Assembly (NCBI GenBank): GCA_030704615.1
Contig: CM060734.1
Coordinates: 12,214,001 to 12,278,000 of the forward strand
Direction: 5' to 3'
Origin: Takakia lepidozioides
Taxonomy: Eukaryota; Plantae; Bryophyta
DNA: 64,000 nt
Positions 61,780-64,000 of this stretch are shown here, in pieces. The notes beneath the pieces were generated by a model that did no database searches, was not told the DNA's origin, and was given only the letters and a program-made list of their open reading frames with translations. The position numbers and the translations under genes are program-made. Numbering within the stretch: position 1 is the stretch's first letter; each line of letters starts with the position of its first letter.

Positions 61780-63445
61780 CCATTCAGCTTGGCCTCTGCC
61801 ATGACCTTTGCAAAGACACAGAAAAGGCGATATTGCGATTCCCCACTATCGCAAACCTACTGGGGCGTCGCAATGCCGTCGCAATACCGTCGCAAGGCAA
61901 CCCTTGGAGGTCGCAACCCCCTGCATTTACAATATCTATGATTGCGGATTTTTCCTACGTTTTTTTTTTTTTTAAGCTCTTTTTTGTTCCGTGAATGCAA
62001 ACCCCACACCATTACATCCATGAAAAAGATTGGACCAAACAAAAATGAGAAAAAAAAAAACAAAGAGTTTTCTTCACTCACTATTGCGGAACTCTCTATG
62101 GAGAGTGCATGAAGTTGAAAAGAACTCAACTTGGGAGTGCAAATGAGGGAAGAAAATATAGTTTTCAGTCCAAATGATTTTTGTTCACTCCCAAATTTTG
62201 CATACGCATTGCACACGCCGTCATTAAGCATATGGCTTGGGAACGGAATAAAACAAAATCATGTGCATGTGCAAAAAAACAACATCCCACCTGAGGGGAT
62301 GAGGAGGAGGATGTGGCGGCGGCCGTCAAGTTTGCTGGGATCGGCACCAATGGTGGTAGAAAGAACTCTAACCCTTTTATACATCAGGACTAGAGAAGGA
62401 GCACTATAAAGATTGGAAGAAAGGGATCAATTGACCCAGGCATCTGCCATGACCTTTGCAAAGAGACACTAAACAGGGCCTCTTTGCGACTCCCGGACGT
62501 CACAGGCCCGTCGCATTATCGCTGACGGGTGACTTCTAGCAGTCGCAACCCCCGCGAGGTGGCGTGCAGCCCTCGCCACGTGGCGGCCAAGGGGGAAATG
62601 GCATCCTTGCGACTCCCCAACGTCGCTGCCCTGCTGGAGCGTCACTAGGCTGTCCTACCGACGACGGGACATCGCAATACCCCATCGAGCTGGGCGGCCA
62701 AGGGGAAATGGTGACGTTGTGACTCCCGGACGTCGCAGGGACGTCGCAGGAACGTCGCAGTACCCTCTAGCCTGGGGGTCTAGGATTGGGGATTTCTGGT
62801 ACGTAATGATTTTTTTTCTTACTCAAATTTGTTTTGTGAATTCAACCCTTGCACCACTACATTTGTGCAAAATTTTGGACAAAAAAAAAACAAAAAAAAT
62901 AAAAATTCTTTGCTTACTTTTTTAAACTATCTATGAAGAGTGCATGAAGTTGTAAAGAACTTAACTTTGGAGTACAAATGAGGGAAGAAAATACGGTTTT
63001 GGGTCCAGATGACTTTTGCTTACTCCCAATTTGTGCACATACATTGCATATGCTGTCATTAAGCATATGGCTTGAAAGTGGAATTAAAAAAAATTGTGTG
63101 CAGACGAAACGCAATATTTAGTCTCCACGACACGTAGTTTCGTTGAAATCTCGAATGACCCATTGACTGAACTTGGTTCAAGCTCATATTTGGTCCACAT
63201 GTGCTTAAGTATGTTCAGATCACATATGCAAAGTTGCAAATGACGAGCATCAAGAAGAAATATTCACCCCCGATGTCGTAGGCCCTGCATGAAGTTGAAG
63301 AAAACTCAACCTTGGAGAACAAATGATGGAGGAAAATATGGTTTTGGGTCCAGATGACTTTTGTTCACTGCCAAATTTTGCACGCACATTACACACGCTG
63401 TCATTAAGCATATGGCTTGAGAATGGGAAAAAAAAGAATCATGTG
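61780..63445. repeat. GTCGC/GCGAC-rich subterminal-type repeats plus three copies of a module of about 190 bp
   Basis: GTCGCA clusters at 61835-61920 and 62485-62760. The module (TGCATGAAGTTG...GTCCA-ATGA...CCAAATTT) occurs at about 62075, 62930 and 63285 and is related to 19430-19625 and, inverted, to 53330-53520. Confidence 0.75.
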
Positions 63446-64000
63446 AAACCACAAGTCTACTAGATCCTTCCAAACTTCGAAAGGATTGTCAGTTCAAAGC
63501 ACACACCACTTCTGGGTGGGGATCATGTCATTCGAGATAAGACTCATCGAGGTTATGTAGAAGTTATCTTATGTATCTAGATGTCAACGTTGTCTCCTCA
63601 CAATGGATGCCTGCTACGACTTAGGTGATTATGTCAAACAACTCCCACAAAAGCAACGCCGTGCAACTGGAGCACGTGATGCAAAATGACACCAAGACTC
63701 CGCGCTATGTAAATCACATGGAGGTTGAAATGTGAATGGGATATCCAGCAAATTACACCCATCATGTGCAAGTAAAGGGAGCCGACAATTACTTAAATGC
63801 TTTCATTACAAACATGTACGTAAATATTTTTAGCTTATATTTATGACCAGCATAGTGTATCTACGTGATTTTGTGGAGGGAAAGAATGTGAATTAAATAT
63901 GATGCAAGAGAGGCCAATTTACAATTGGTCTACATGAACATCACTAATCGCTTCGGTCGTTAATGTCATCCACTGATTGTACTTCATCCAGGCTTGAGGT

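Overview
A gene-poor, transposon-dense window from a land-plant nuclear genome. PLS-class PPR motifs and spliceosomal introns show this; a non-seed plant such as a bryophyte is my inference. I found no intact host gene. Layout from left to right: (1) degenerate, tandemly triplicated PPR fragments (0.4-2.5 kb); (2) tRNA-derived SINEs; (3) the right end of a CACTA element abutting a deleted Ty3/gypsy element (5.2-10.5 kb); (4) two paralogous two-gene units, each built as palindrome array, hAT-type transposase, palindrome array, RING-H2 gene (unit 1 at about 10.5-18.7 kb with an internal inversion, unit 2 at about 18.8-54.1 kb); (5) a long hairpin, a kinase fragment and a scrambled CACTA transposase with subterminal repeats. 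Two 11.8-kb elements with clear target-site duplications (TSDs) are nested in the unit-2 transposase, and both carry DNA methyltransferase-like genes. The first is a Ty3/gypsy element (21977-33749, minus strand) with a DNMT3/DRM-like C5 methyltransferase between protease and RT and a PHD finger after integrase. It also has a self-priming-type PBS and split (A...B-A-B) terminal repeats. These suggest integration from a 2-LTR circle cut at a palindrome inside the LTR; this is the best candidate for a new system. The second is a Mutator-like element (34292-46070) carrying a multi-exon gene with a ParB-like domain and a beta-class N4/N6 methyltransferase-like domain. Junctions, TSDs and quoted motifs were read base by base; other boundaries are approximate. 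Some of the many 1-bp frameshifts may be sequencing or assembly errors.
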